From assembly GCF_001194135.2 (NCBI RefSeq), contig NC_068981.1, positions 42,366,406 to 42,412,507 on the forward strand: DNA of 46,102 bases, read 5' to 3'. This stretch comes from Octopus bimaculoides. Taxonomy: Eukaryota. The position numbers and the translations under genes were made by a program. The notes beneath the pieces are model-generated. The model was not told the origin of the DNA. It saw only the letters and a list, made by a program, of their open reading frames with translations, and searched no databases. Of the stretch, positions 1-13,611 are shown one piece after another. How positions within the stretch are numbered: position 1 is the stretch's first letter; each line of letters starts with the position of its first letter.

Positions 1-44
1 CACACACACACACACACACACACACGCACATATAAGAGTATGAT

Positions 45-375
45 GGTAAAGAACCCTTTCAGTCATGAATGACCATGGGATTGTACCGAGGAAGTTCCGA
101 GTAAGTCCAAGGAAGTTTGTTTAAGGAAGACCAGCAGTCGCCCATACATATCAGCCTCCCTTCTCCATGCCACCGATGTTATCCAGGGGGAAGACAAAAG
201 CCGATACAGCTTGGTACCAGTGACGTCGTAACTCATTTCTACAGCTGAGTGAACTGTAGCAACGTGAAATAAAGCGTCTTGCTCAAGATCACAACACACA
301 GTCCGGTCCAGGAATCGAAATCACTACCTCATAATTGTGAGCCCAATGCTCTAAGCACTGAGCCATGCACCTTCA
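45..375 (-). mobile_element. tRNA-derived SINE with CORE-like central domain, near full length
   Basis: The minus strand starts tgaaggtgcatggctcagtgc (A-box-like) ... gatttcgattcc (B-box-like). It continues tgtgttgtgatcttgagcaagacgctttatttc...cagctgtagaaatgagt, resembling the CORE-SINE domain. The same head occurs at 37119. Confidence 0.8.
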
Positions 376-395
376 TATATATATATGTATGTATT

Positions 396-692
396 GCGGC
401 CATGCTGAGATATCGACTTGAAGTGTATTAACCGAACGAATCAACACCAGTACTTATGTTTTAAACCCTGTTACACAATATTGGTCTCTTTTATTAAGTC
501 ACTAGGTTATGGAGATGTAAACAAATCGCACTGTTTGTCAAGAGGTGGTGGGAAACAGATACAAGCACACACACTTCCAGTTTTTGTCTATCAAATCCAT
601 TCACAAGTCTTTAGGACACTTGCAGTTAGTGCAACACAGTAGGGAGTGAACTCCAGAACGATGTAGTTGAGAAGCCTGCCACACCTGCGCCT
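396..692 (-). mobile_element. tRNA-derived SINE (second family), degenerate full-length copy with internal (CA) tract
   Basis: Collinear similarity to copies at 3398-3730, 21728-21862 and 32583-32740 (tcaaatccattcacaagtcttt...gacacttg...gaactc..gaac.atgt.gttg.gaag). Confidence 0.7.
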
Positions 693-1477
693 AAGTAATA
701 TTTTTTTTTTTACCGCTGCCAAGGTAAACTCATCAATATTGTAATTGAGCAGTTGAATGCTGCAGTGGACTAAACCACCTTTAGCATATACCTGGAAATA
801 AGTAATAATAGATAGGTAATCTTATTGACTGATATATTCATATATTATTCCTGAAAGCGAAATTAATGGACATATTAATATTAAATTCTATCTTTTGTGA
901 AAGTACGTACATTTCAAATGAGTACACTAGTTAATTAAATTTAACAGTACGAATACTTGATCGGTACTTATTTTATACGGTCTCAAACATAGGAACAGAT
1001 TTAAAAACAGATTTAAAGTCAAACCAAAGTCAATTTAAGCAGAGAACGTAAACAGACGAAAATAAGCTCTTGTAGTCATTTTGACGGGTACTGTGCCAAT
1101 TCTTCCATACACCACTCCTAAAGGAAATATTTCGTTAGTATAATGTTTTAATATTTTGATTTTCAAACTATCACTCTTTTCTTGTTGCATAGTTAAGTAT
1201 TCTCTACAAAACCATACTGAAATTCGTCAAGTGGATCTCATAATGGATTTTCAACTTGAATAATTTCCTGTGATATTTTTCGAAATTCAGTATACATAGA
1301 GTTATTTCATATGTGCAAGGGAATTTGCGCATGCGTGCGTGTGTCCGTACGTCTGTGTATGAATCTCGCTTTCTCTCTCGCTTTCTCTCTCTCTCTTTCT
1401 CTCTCTCTCTTTCTCTCTCTATATAAATATGCGTAATATATTTATATACATATATATATACATATATGCACGTATGT

Positions 1478-1545
<68 letters not shown>

Positions 1546-1847
1546 ATATGTATATGCATATATATTTTTACATGCATGTANNNNNNNNNNNNNNNNNNNN
1601 NNNNNNNNNNNNNNNNNNNNNNNNNNNNNNNNNNNNNNNNNNNNNNNNNNNNNNNNNNNNNNNNNNNNNNNNNNNNNNNNNNNNNNNNNNNNNNNNNNNN
1701 NNNNNNNNNNNNNNNNNNNNNNNNNNNNNNNNNNNNNNNNNNNNNNNNNNNNNNNNNNNNNNNNNNNNNNNNNNNNNNNNNNNNNNNNNNNNNNNNNNNN
1801 NNNNNNNNNNNNNNNNNNNNNNNNNNNNNNNNNNNNNNNNNNNNNNN

Positions 1848-1882
<35 letters not shown>

Positions 1883-2339
1883 AGACAGAGAGAGAAAGAG
1901 AGAGAGAGATGATAAAATATACTTTACCCTGAAGCATTAGCGCGGTAAATGGAATCACTTGCTTAATATTTATTCATCATAAGAAACTATCAATGCGTGA
2001 TCAGCCCTATCAAAATGTCTCGGAATGAGAGAAGTGACGAACACATATTTCCTGCGGGTAGACGTAAGTTAAGCGGAGCCTTTGCAACTGGAAATAAAAT
2101 CTAATTGACAAAATACACGCAGAAAACACACAACTGGGCGCGCGCACACTAACACGCACACACAAACACGTATTCTTATGCACACATGCGCTTTTTCTTT
2201 TACCCTGCTTCTCTGTCATTCAATAAATATGTTTAAATACACCTGTGTACATATATAGATATTTCTGTATTTATATATGCACACACACACACATAAATGC
2301 GCACCCCTTCCTGTATATATATATATTGTTTATATATAT

Positions 2340-2596
2340 GGTGGTGGTTGTCTACGCCTTAAACAGAGTTTGACCACCTCCTGCACCTACACCTTAGCCC
2401 TTTCATGGCGTCTGATGTGGCTTTTTAAACCAGACAGTGTTTTGAAAAAACACCCACACAGATTGCACCTCTGATTTGCACTACCAATACCTGCAAGTAA
2501 GTTCTGCTCATTGTGGATCCTAACATGTCTTTTAAGACCCCCATTGGATTTGCAAACCCTCTGGCACACACCACATTCAAACGTGTGCACAGACAT
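2340..2596 (-). mobile_element. Probable 3' end of an RTE-like LINE ORF encoding two C2H2 zinc fingers; truncated by the N-gap
   Basis: Translation SVHTFECGVCQRVCKSNGGLKRHVRIH-NEQNLLAGIGSANQ-RCNLCGCFFKTLSGLKSHIRRHERAKV*. It has two CxxC-x12-HxxxH motifs with a non-TGEKP linker, then a short 3' region ending in a simple repeat. A cellular C2H2 gene exon is not excluded. Confidence 0.55.
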
Positions 2597-3397
2597 NNNN
2601 NNNNNNNNNNNNNNNNNNNNNNNNNNNNNNNNNNNNNNNNNNNNNNNNNNNNNNNNNNNNNNNNNNNNNNNNNNNNNNNNNNNNNNNNNNNNNNNNNNNN
2701 NNNNNNNNNNNNNNNNNNNNNNNNNNNNNNNNNNNNNNNNNNNNNNNNNNNNNNNNNNNNNNNNNNNNNNNNNNNNNNNNNNNNNNNNNNNNNNNNNNNN
2801 NNNNNNNNNNNNNNNNNNNNNNNNNNNNNNNNNNNNNNNNNNNNNNNNNNNNNNNNNNNNNNNNNNNNNNNNNNNNNNNNNNNNNNNNNNNNNNNNNNNN
2901 NNNNNNNNNNNNNNNNNNNNNNNNNNNNNNNNNNNNNNNNNNNNNNNNNNNNNNNNNNNNNNNNNNNNNNNNNNNNNNNNNNNNNNNNNNNNNNNNNNNN
3001 NNNNNNNNNNNNNNNNNNNNNNNNNNNNNNNNNNNNNNNNNNNNNNNNNNNNNNNNNNNNNNNNNNNNNNNNNNNNNNNNNNNNNNNNNNNNNNNNNNNN
3101 NNNNNNNNNNNNNNNNNNNNNNNNNNNNNNNNNNNNNNNNNNNNNNNNNNNNNNNNNNNNNNNNNNNNNNNNNNNNNNNNNNNNNNNNNNNNNNNNNNNN
3201 NNNNNNNNNNNNNNNNNNNNNNNNNNNNNNNNNNNNNNNNNNNNNNNNNNNNNNNNNNNNNNNNNNNNNNNNNNNNNNNNNNNNNNNNNNNNNNNNNNNN
3301 NNNNNNNNNNNNNNNNNNNNNNNNNNNNNNNNNNNNNNNNNNNNNNNNNNNNNNNNNNNNNNNNNNNNNNNNNNNNNNNNNNNNNNNNNNNNNNNNN

Positions 3398-3730
3398 GTA
3401 CTTATTATTTTTTATAAGACTGGTATTTATTCTATCGGTATCTTTTGCCAAGTCGCTATGTGATGGGGGACATAAATGCATCATCTCGCTTTTCAAGACA
3501 TGCACACACATACATAAACACACACACACACAACGCCAACACAACACACACATGTGTATAAACATAATTACGACAGGCTTCTTTCAGGTTTCGTCTGTCA
3601 AATCCGCCCACAAGTCTTTGGTCGGCCCGAGGCTATATTAAAAGACACTTACCGAAGTTGCTACGCAGAGGGACTGAACTCTGAACCATGTGGTTAGGAA
3701 GTAAGTTTCTCATCACACAACCACCGCTGC
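3398..3730 (-). mobile_element. tRNA-derived SINE (second family), 3' end lost in gap
   Basis: cgacaggcttctttcaggtttcgtctgtcaaatccgcccacaagtctttggtcggcccgaggctat...gggactgaactctgaaccatgtggtt matches 32583-32740; internal (CA)-rich tract. Confidence 0.85.
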
Positions 3731-4967
3731 AACTATATATATCGCTTTGAAAATTATATATCGGACGCGAGTTTAGCAGCGCCGTCTAGCGGAGCAGCTA
3801 CTCTATGCTGATAAAGAGCAATAACCCAGTAACCGTTCCACAGATGTTATTTTGTGCTGGATGGGGGTACTGAGCTCCCTTGTTCGAAAATATAAGGAAA
3901 CAGATATTGTGTCGTATAGTCAGCTGGAAACGACGTAACAACAGTAACATTCATCCCATCCAGGAAAGCCATATTATATTGACAAATAGTCTTTACTTTA
4001 AAGCACTGTTACTGAATATCTCTCTTTGTGAGATTTAGAAATAATAATGTTTCAATTTATATATATAATGTAATAACAAAATATGAGCTCCTATCGGAAT
4101 TTACATACCATGGACAAGAAGCCTTCTATCCATTCTATACAGCACTTTCCAACATTTATTTTTACTTTTATTCTCTTATTTCCCTTTATACTTCCTATAT
4201 CTTTCCTTTTCCCAAATTAACATCTTATACTGGACTCTACTATTTCCCTCTGTTTAACTCTCCCATATCCCTGAAACAGCTGTAACGCTACTTTTCTCTT
4301 TATAAATGTCCNNNNNNNNNNNNNNNNNNNNNNNNNNNNNNNNNNNNNNNNNNNNNNNNNNNNNNNNNNNNNNNNNNNNNNNNNNNNNNNNNNNNNNNNN
4401 NNNNNNNNNNNNNNNNNNNNNNNNNNNNNNNNNNNNNNNNNNNNNNNNNNNNNNNNNNNNNNNNNNNNNNNNNNNNNNNNNNNNNNNNNNNNNNNNNNNN
4501 NNNNNNNNNNNNNNNNNNNNNNNNNNNNNNNNNNNNNNNNNNNNNNNNNNNNNNNNNNNNNNNNNNNNNNNNNNNNNNNNNNNNNNNNNNNNNNNNNNNN
4601 NNNNNNNNNNNNNNNNNNNNNNNNNNNNNNNNNNNNNNNNNNNNNNNNNNNNNNNNNNNNNNNNNNNNNNNNNNNNNNNNNNNNNNNNNNNNNNNNNNNN
4701 NNNNNNNNNNNNNNNNNNNNNNNNNNNNNNNNNNNNNNNNNNNNNNNNNNNNNNNNNNNNNNNNNNNNNNNNNNNNNNNNNNNNNNNNNNNNNNNNNNNN
4801 NNNNNNNNNNNNNNNNNNNNNNNNNNNNNNNNNNNNNNNNNNNNNNNNNNNNNNNNNNNNNNNNNNNNNNNNNNNNNNNNNNNNNNNNNNNNNNNNNNNN
4901 NNNNNNNNNNNNNNNNNNNNNNNNNNNNNNNNNNNNNNNNNNNNNNNNNNNNNNNNNNNNNNNNNNN

Positions 4968-5020
<53 letters not shown>

Positions 5021-7769
5021 CGCACAAACACATAGCGCTAATCAAATAGCGCGAAATATAAGAGAGAGACAATCCCTTTTATCAGTTCCCACCACCTAGT
5101 ATACATAGTGTCTGTGACCGAAGAGGAGATAACTACTACGAAATGCTTGCATCTCACAGCTTAGATAAGTGACGCTGCGAACTGATATGGGTATATCAAC
5201 ACCATTCTGTCGACAGCGAGAAATTTTCTCCATGACATATACAGTGAATGGCTTATTTACGAGTCCAAAACTGCCACACCCATATTTGAAGTGGTAATAA
5301 CATTACACATAAAGAAATTCACACATTCTCACTTCCGATTGGTGATTTTCACACAGTTTTCAGAATCTGGAACAGATTTATATAACTTTTATTAGATTCA
5401 TCAGGCTGATGAGTTACAAGATTTCATAGAAATAATGTACATGTGTCTATTGTTATTATAGTCAACAGATATACAGTTAAGAAGTGATTGATCAGTTGGG
5501 ACTCTATAACCATCAATTATTTTTCACAAATGTGTCTGTATATATATATATATATTAATTACTTAAAAGGAAATATATTGATTACCAAAATGGACATTAT
5601 CTAAAACTTAAACTAAATTCATTGACCTAACCACGACGGTAAAGTCTTATATTTGATCTAGTTTGCATTTCGTAGCCAATATGTTATTCTTAAGCGTATT
5701 TTTTAGATGAATATATATAAGGTAAACTGGTATGTACTGGGATTAGGAACCGCGAATATTCCTCTGTATATTTAACTATTATTTTTGTACAAAAGCACAC
5801 CTAAACTATTTATATCATGAAGCTGAATCAACCGTTGCGTTTCACAGAGATAACGTCAACTCTTTCGAAGCTCACTCATCGTCTTGGAAGAGAAAAGGTC
5901 ATTTTGGAAAATGCTACGTTGGATTGCACACTGCCTGAAAACAATATAGAGCGCAAACTATAACTCCTTTTATTAAATAGAAGACTTTGCTTTTCTATGG
6001 AATGTACACCGAATGTTCTAACGTTCACGACTTTTTTTTAGATATTATTAAAGTGAATTCTCTTCAATCAGTGCTTGAAATTGGTTCGTAAGCTCAGCTT
6101 GCAGAAAGAAGACCTTGCTATATACTACTGAATATCCATACCAAATATAAAATATTGCATTAAATACAGAGATGGTGATTTGGTAGGAACGGAACAGAAA
6201 ACGAATCTCAATGGTGTGTTTAGCTTTAATCTTAAATGTACACGTTCGAATACACCATAACACTTTGTTTTCGCTCAGAGTCGATAATAACTAGCAGAAT
6301 GCTATTGTCATCGAGATGTATTAAAGTGAAAGTTTACAAACTGTTTACTTTAATTCATCTTGTCCAAATATGTACATTATTTCTAGATACATAACATCAA
6401 TGTAGTAGAAGAATTGCACTTAAATACAAAATATTCAAACCAAATTAAGTATTAATCATTCTTTCAAAAGTTTAAACATTCTTTCAAATCTTATTTAATC
6501 TGTTTAGAATAAATGATTTAACAATAAAACCATTTAGTAATAAAATTTGTGTTGGTATTAAGAATTACAACTGATATTAAAATTTAAAATTGTACATGAC
6601 ATAGCTGCTATACATTTGTATGAGTAACTTAGTGATATCTTCGCAGGAAATTCAGCATTTCACTTATGAAGAGAAGAAATAAAAAGTCTTGATATAATTA
6701 ATGGTATTTGATTATTATCTATATTATTTTGGTGTCTCTGGTGGGTGTTTTCTCAATCAAATTTTTGTCTGATATCTACTGTCAAGTGTCGGATTTGTAT
6801 GTTGTCTTTTCATTTACTGATTTTATAAAATCATGAAATTTTATTTATATCATACAATGATTAGAAACGTTCAGTTCGATAATTGCTATGTAATTCTACT
6901 AGGATTTTCTTTCCTTGTGCATTCATTTGGGTAATATAGTTCTTGCCTATTTTTCTGCTATTCAAAATCCAGTGAGAGTTCAAAGTAACTGTCGAATAAA
7001 CGAAACAATAGGGCACTTGACTCTCATAATTACGACTGAAAATATTAATTATGACATATTTTATTACGTATCTAATCTATTGCATATTTAATCAGTAGCG
7101 GCCTAACAACTGCCATTTAGGTAATACTTTCCGAAGCAGCATATTGTTGTTAAAAAACAGAAAATGTACTATCTCTAGAAAAGTCTACCTGTAGTTGAAT
7201 ACATGTATACGTTTTAGCAAAAAAGAATTATAGATAGAACATCCGTATGTAAACTTCCGCCGGATGCAAATATAACTCGCATAAAATAGTTGCTTGGGAC
7301 AGACTAAAAATTATGCTATGTCTGCTCCGCAATTGGAAACATACTAAAATCAGTACGGGATATTTACAGACAAATTCAAAACTTCGAGCTCTTCTACCCA
7401 AATTCCTATTTGCACCTATCAGTGGTAATCTTGAAAATCTGATGTTTTTAAGCACCCCACCACTTCACCAAAACAAATCAAAACAGGGAAAAAACAAACA
7501 GCTATCATGCTGAATCGCATTCTTTAGTTAAAGTGTGGCTTTTCTAAAATCCTGCATATAATACTTCACTATTTTTCTTCTCTAAATTCGAGCGGTAGAG
7601 CTATATTTCTTCATTTGGAAGCAGTAATTTCTTTTGACAAAGAATTCAAATAACTATGAAAGATAACATACATACGCAGAAGTGCACGGATATCCATACA
7701 TACATACACACATACATACATACATATATATGTAAATATATATATAAATATATATATATATATAAAATA

Positions 7770-7823
<54 letters not shown>

Positions 7824-8304
7824 TTGAAGATATATATATGTATGTATCATATACACATATTACCCATACATATTAACGTGTGTCCTCACTTACACACATA
7901 TATATGCATTTGTTCGTCCATTTATGGTGTGTATGTGTGTGTTTCTGTCTGTTGCAGGATAATATGTCAAAAGGTCGACAGTCAAACGCACTTTGCTGTC
8001 TGTGTGAGCAAAACATTTATCTCTCAAGTGACATAATCCATATAACTGTAAAGATCACTGGGTCCAACGACTGTTATCCGTAAGAATGGGAGCACTTGAA
8101 TTAATGTCCACATTTTATTAGCTAGAATTACTCAGTCGACCTCTTTCCCTGAGAAATTTCTGAAAATGGTGTAGTCTTCACCAGAGTGATTTACTATAGA
8201 AACAATACATTGTTATTTGTACTGCTGTTCAACTTCAAGTCAATCTTAATCGAGCGAACCTATAATCAAAATCATTGCAGTCGTAATAATCTCATCTTTT
8301 TTGG

Positions 8305-8455
8305 GGGGGAGGTGGGGGGGGGCAGTATGTCCTCGGACAGCATTATCTAATGTAGCCTTCGTTTTGTTTTTTTATTTCTTTTTATAAACGGTAACTTGAC
8401 GGGAATTTGGCTGTTATTTCAAGCAGATTGAGCGACTATGTTGTAGTTTGGGAAG
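8305..8455 (-). mobile_element. Fragment of a dispersed repeat family (probably SINE-related)
   Basis: The reverse complement catagtcgctcaatctgcttgaaataacagccaaattccc aligns with 26221-26275 (+), 25865-25950 (+) and 10175-10300 (-). Confidence 0.55.
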
Positions 8456-10349
8456 ACGAAGTTTTCCGTAATACTGATACTGCGACCTATTGAGTGTGAT
8501 GGCTCACCTTGTTGTCGTCCCTGTGTGTGAAGAGTATTTGTTTTCATTTGTTTAGAATTCTTTCAATAACAATTAAACACGAGAAAATAAAAATAAAAAC
8601 AAAAATAAAAATAAATTATGATTGACGTGAAAAAATTCTTCACATTCTGTAATATAACCGAGTCAATTTGTCAAACCAACAAAAGAAATCACAAAGAATT
8701 CAATCCTTTTCTGCTATAGTAACTGAAGAAGTGTAAAATCAGCTTCATTGAATTAATTTCATAGATTCAAGTGAAAATGCTGTCATAATAGAACTATGAA
8801 TAGTTGATAAATAAAAGATGGTTAGTTTTTTTTTCCATCCCTCTGTATTGGAGCTGTATAATGTAGGCTATGAGAAACTGATAGCAGAACACAAATCAAT
8901 ACTAATATTACATTCATAAAAGAATGAGAGAGAGTACTTGCCAAATAGTTTGTGTAATATTTATTGAAATATCAATTTGAAGATAGCTATTCATTTAGTT
9001 ATTCATTTATTTTTCATGTTTATATTTAAGAAAGTACGCACACATACAATCACACACATACACACAGACACGCGCACACACTCACACATACCCAAACACC
9101 CACCCACACCTACACAAACACACACACACACACACACACACACAAATTTCGGAAGATTCAGGTTGATTAGCTGAATTTCAATTAAGAGAAGCTATGAAGT
9201 GTAGTCTGATACTTTTTGAAGTGTTTCAACTTTCCCTATCTGAATAGAATTAGACAATTCAATGAAGCAGAAAGTTTTTTTTCGAGTACCAATTGAAATA
9301 AATGAAATCAATTTCCTGTTTTCAACTCTGGGATATTAACTGTCTATATTCTATGATTTAACTGTTAGACTGATCGAGCGATTCAGTCATTTCGAACTAG
9401 AAAACAAAACGTATTCTTCCGTGAGCATTTAAGCACATCTGTTTCTTTTATTAATGGTGCTGATATCAAGAATTTATTTTGTAATATTATTTTAGAATAA
9501 AGTAAAAATAAGTATAAACAGGTTTTAGTTTTGACCTGCTTGACAAGATGTATGATTACAATCAAGTGAAGAGAAATTTTATACACTATAATTCATACAA
9601 TCGTCAAGCGGTTAAGAAAGGTTAGCATAGCAGAGGCATACTACTTAGCATATACAGATGATAACATTTTTTTGCACGTTAGAGAATTTCAATGTATATG
9701 TCTAAACGATTTTTAGGTTCCAGCTGACTCTCGAGAGTACTTGACAAAATAATATCGTATATTGACATACTGTCTATATTTAAATAGGCGTTCATAATAT
9801 CTATATGATCAAATGAAAGGAGGTGTTGAACTTGCCAGAAAGTTGCTTGAATTATGTATTAATATTGATTTTTGTTTGAATTGGCAGAAATCTCACAAAG
9901 TTTATGGGATGTTGCGACATTCAAAGCCTTTTCTAATGGTATTAGCAGTGGAAGTTATCTGCAGCAGACACAGGCTGTACATGAGCTAATCTCTACTCTA
10001 TAATGCACAACATTACACATTAATATTAGTTTCTTTTCGATTAAGTACAAAGGTACTATATTTTAAGGAAAGTGTGTAAATAGAAGTTTGCTGTTCATGT
10101 TGTATTACGACAGTACAGTCTTGGTCGAGTAGATATACGATCAAAGACTTGCCACGTGTGGTCTTCTAGCCTTCTTGGGGGCAAACAGAATGTTATCTAA
10201 TATGTCTTTTTATTATTTATATCAGTAACATATAGTTTGAGGGAGATGTGCCTGCAACTTTTAGCAGATTCACTAACCCTGTAAGCGCCTCCTATTTGAC
10301 TGGTTGATGTGTATGATTTATTATTAACACTATTAAAGATGTAGCATTC

Positions 10350-10485
10350 CTCTGAGGTCAATTTTGCCTTTCATCCTTTTGGAATCGATTAAAATAAATA
10401 CCAGTTGAGTACTGGAGTTGATGTAATCAACTTACTCCTTTCTTAAAAATTCAAGCCTTGTGCATATAATGAAAAAGGATTATTA
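10350..10485 (+). mobile_element. 5'-truncated SINE (same family as the 38.8-39.6 kb array)
   Basis: gaggtcaattttgcctttcatccttttggaatcgattaaaataaataccagttgagtactggagttgatgtaatcaactt aligns with 41550-41690. A more decayed copy lies at 10763-10885. Confidence 0.75.
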
Positions 10486-11005
10486 AAGGTGTAAGTTAAT
10501 TAGTTTTAACGGATGAAACTCTTTCACGATTTCAGTTTTTCAGTTTTCTAATGATAGTTAACTTACTACATCGCTATATATACAATTATTTCCTTATTTC
10601 ACCTTTGAAGGGGGAACAAATGATTGTGCTGCCTAAAGAAAGAGATGTAATTAAAATCGAAGCCAGGCTCGAAACATATCCCAACATGCGTTCACTCTAA
10701 GCATTATGCTAGTTACAGTGGTTAGTTATGTGTATTTCTGTTATAAGTTCGTTTAAACGTCGCAGAGGTCGACATTAACTTTCATCTTACCGGGGTTTAT
10801 AAGATAAGCGCATGTTGAGTGCTGAGCTCTTTTTAATCGACTGTATCTCTCCCTTAAATTTAAGGTCTTGTACCTTTGTTCAAATCCAATATTATCTACT
10901 TTTTCTTAATTAAAACCTTACTAGAGTTGGTAAAAAGAAAGGTCTAATAATGTATGTAGCCGATTAAACCGAATAAACAGACATCAAAGAGAATGGACTG
11001 AAGAT

Positions 11006-12567
11006 TAGGGTGGAGCGAAAAATGCAACTTTCGAAAATTGTAACCAAGAATCGATAATTTGTTACGAATTAGGGTTAAAAGAAAGATGTATAAAGAAGTT
11101 TGCGGTTAAATATTGTTTTAGGCTCCGCAGCGCAATTAAACATTTAAAAAATCGCTATCTTTTGTCGAATTTGGAATTTCAGGGATTATAAGTCGTAACA
11201 AACACACATTTCTACATAACAGAATGCAAAACAGTAAATGCAGTATTCTTAAGAGGTTGCATACAAAGTTTTAATACAATTGACTAGTATCTTGAGGTTT
11301 TGCATTGATTATAAAGAGAACGGGAGTGTGAACCTTTCTGCAGTGCTGCTGCAGCAGTCATTGCATGTGGACGTACGTCGTATGTGTGTGAAGTTTTCTG
11401 CTTTGTAGTTTGACTTTAGACCATTGTATCAAAATTAATAATCGTGTTGAATTTAATGTTGTTTACCTTTAGTGATGATTCATATGCCAATAAAGCGTTA
11501 TGAATGCCCAATACTTGGTATTCCATGTGATCTTAGCGAGCGAATTTTGCCAACTTACAAGGACGTACTAAAATGTTTTATTTGAACTAGGAAAAGAATG
11601 TAGTCAAGAAAGATCCTTCAATCAAAGAAATTGTCAAGATTGCAGCAGAAAAGATAATTCTTCTTTGGTAAAAGGCATTCATCCCTTGTGTTACGACTGT
11701 TAAACCAAAAATCTTAAACTTTTGTCTAAAGCACCAAGCATTACTAAAATCTGTGAAAAAAAAAAAGAAAAAAAATGTGCCATCATTTCAAACAAAGTGT
11801 AATGTGTTTAAAAATAATACAACAAAAGATTTATTTGACATTTCCCGTTGCAAGTGCAACTCCTTTAAAAACTGCAGTTGTAGCAGAGACAAAAAGTACC
11901 ACAGAGAGAACAAGATTTTTTACAAGATCAACGGACAAATCGGAAAATGATCGTTGGCGAAATAGATCAAGCAACATCTAAACAGAACGTTCAGAGGTTG
12001 ATTAGAAAGAAACAGCCAGATCACAGTCACCCTTCTACGTCAGCAAAGGAAAGTTTAAGATTTTAGGTTTAACTGACTCAATCGTAACACAACGGATGAA
12101 TACATTTTACCAAAGAAGAATCATCTTTTCTGCTACAATCTTGATAATTTATTTAATTTATTTTAATGTAATCTAGACTTCATGTAACACATACATTCGG
12201 TGACCTAGTATTAAAATAATAAAGAAAACAAATCAAACGTCTATTTATTTCACATAATTTCGAAATTTTAGGTGCGTTGCGGAGTCTAAAGATATAAATA
12301 TTAGAGCTTGAGATTTTACCACTCTTGTTTATAACGAATGTTGCAAAAGAAAATTTATTCGTAATAATGAATGTACAAAATAAAATGAGGAATGGCAAAC
12401 GTGTTACAAAAATGGATTTTTCACTAATTATTCAAAATTTCAAGTGGGCTGCGGAGCCTGAAGGTGTAAATTTAAGAACTTCAGATTTTAAGACAGATGT
12501 TTTTAAAGAATTTCGCAATAAAAATGTATTCTTGAAGACATATTTCGAAAATCTTCGCTCCACCCTA
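11006..12567 (+). mobile_element. Non-autonomous (internally deleted) hAT-superfamily DNA transposon, hATm-like, 1562 bp
   Basis: Perfect 14-bp TIRs TAGGGTGGAGCGAA (11006-11019) and TTCGCTCCACCCTA (12554-12567). Perfect 8-bp TSD CTGAAGAT (10998-11005 and 12568-12575). 12-bp subterminal inverted motif AGGCTCCGCAGC (11120-11131 / 12448-12459). Transposase relic inside. Confidence 0.92.
11484..12060 (+). pseudogene. N-terminal part of a hAT-like transposase with stops and frameshifts; no catalytic domain visible
   Basis: Pieced translation MPIKRYECPILGIPCDLSERILPTYKDVLKCF.. / KKDPSIKEIVKIAAEKIILLW*KAFIP.. / DLFDISRCKCNSFKNCSCSRDK / KVPQREQDFLQDQRTNRKMIVGEIDQ. The LFDIxxCKC...CxC...KVP..E..FL.DQR..RKM..G.ID pattern is typical of this transposase group. 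Confidence 0.8.
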
Positions 12568-13611
12568 CTGAAGATCCGAGTTCTTCTAAGTGGTTTAAAT
12601 GACAATTTTGTTTCTCTCCGCATAGTTCTACATTCGTAAAATGCTTGACAGAAGCTATAATAGTTTGTTAGTTCTGATCGACCTTAGAAAGTGAACCGGT
12701 AAATGTGTCAAAAAATCTTCACTTCTTTTGTACCATTATTTCGTTCGGGAAAATTACAAAGTTCTTTATTCTGCACTTTATTTCTTTGAATTCTCATGCT
12801 TATAACTATAAAAGTGACAATTAACTGATTTGACTTCATTGTGATTCACCGCGATAAAATGAAATTATTTTCACTCTGTTTTATCACGAAGTATGTGGTC
12901 AAGATGTACTTTTAGTTTATTGTTGCTTTTAAAATTCCGTTCTTGTTTTTTTTTCTTTTTTCTCCTAACACCTTCTTCCTTTGAAAGGCATGAGTTGCAA
13001 TCTAAATTTTACCAACAACATATACCGTTGAAATGATAAATGTTGGCATTCTCATATTATTTTCCCTGACCAGAATGGGTTGGCCTTTTATTTCAGTGCA
13101 AGACAAACCAGAATGTAACTTTCTCTTTTCAATCTCAAATCTATTAACCTTATAGATCAAGGTTTGACAAAATGTTAATATATAACAAAATAATAAAATC
13201 TTTAGTGGCTACTAAATAATACCTATGACACTCTGACCTAATCACATCGGATTAAAATGTAAATCAATTTCTACTTTAGATTTACCATAGACGGTCAGAA
13301 ATTTTATCTACCTCTCAATACTTCTCAGTGAGAAATAAAATCTGTCATGTGATGGAATTCTATTTACATATATTAAAATTGCTTTTATATGTTATCCCAG
13401 GAGAGGGATACAACTAGCAAGTTCGGAAGTACAAGTGGTGCTGGAGTAGCGATAAAATAGGGAAACAGGCGAAAACACATCTCTTTTAATTAATGGTTTG
13501 TAATTTAGGTACAAGGCCAGCAATTTTGAGGAGCGCGGATTGTCGATAACACCAACAACACTAGCGGTTACGAAAAGAATAAAGGCTGTATTTGAATTCA
13601 GTCCACTGTTA

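Noticed and set aside
300-375. tRNA gene-like A/B boxes (also 32690-32740, 37119-37185)
   Set aside because: They continue into SINE bodies with no acceptor-stem closure, so they are SINE heads rather than tRNA genes.
4273-4284. GAAAC-agct-GTA palindromic hammerhead stem III (a similar decayed word lies at about 5115-5145)
   Set aside because: No CTGANGA upstream; at most a decayed PLE terminus.
7958-8079. Plus-strand exon candidate [21 protein letters not shown]... with good ag/gtaaga sites
   Set aside because: The core (gtgtgagcaaaacatttatctc...ctgtaaagat) resembles a decayed CORE-like SINE segment; no protein recognised.
13097-13114. Plus-strand 18-nt micro-exon candidate; similar candidates at 27243-27326 and 45127-45150
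   Set aside because: Such ag...gt pairs are expected by chance in 46 kb of AT-rich DNA, the peptides are unrecognised, and the strand conflicts with the better minus-strand candidates.
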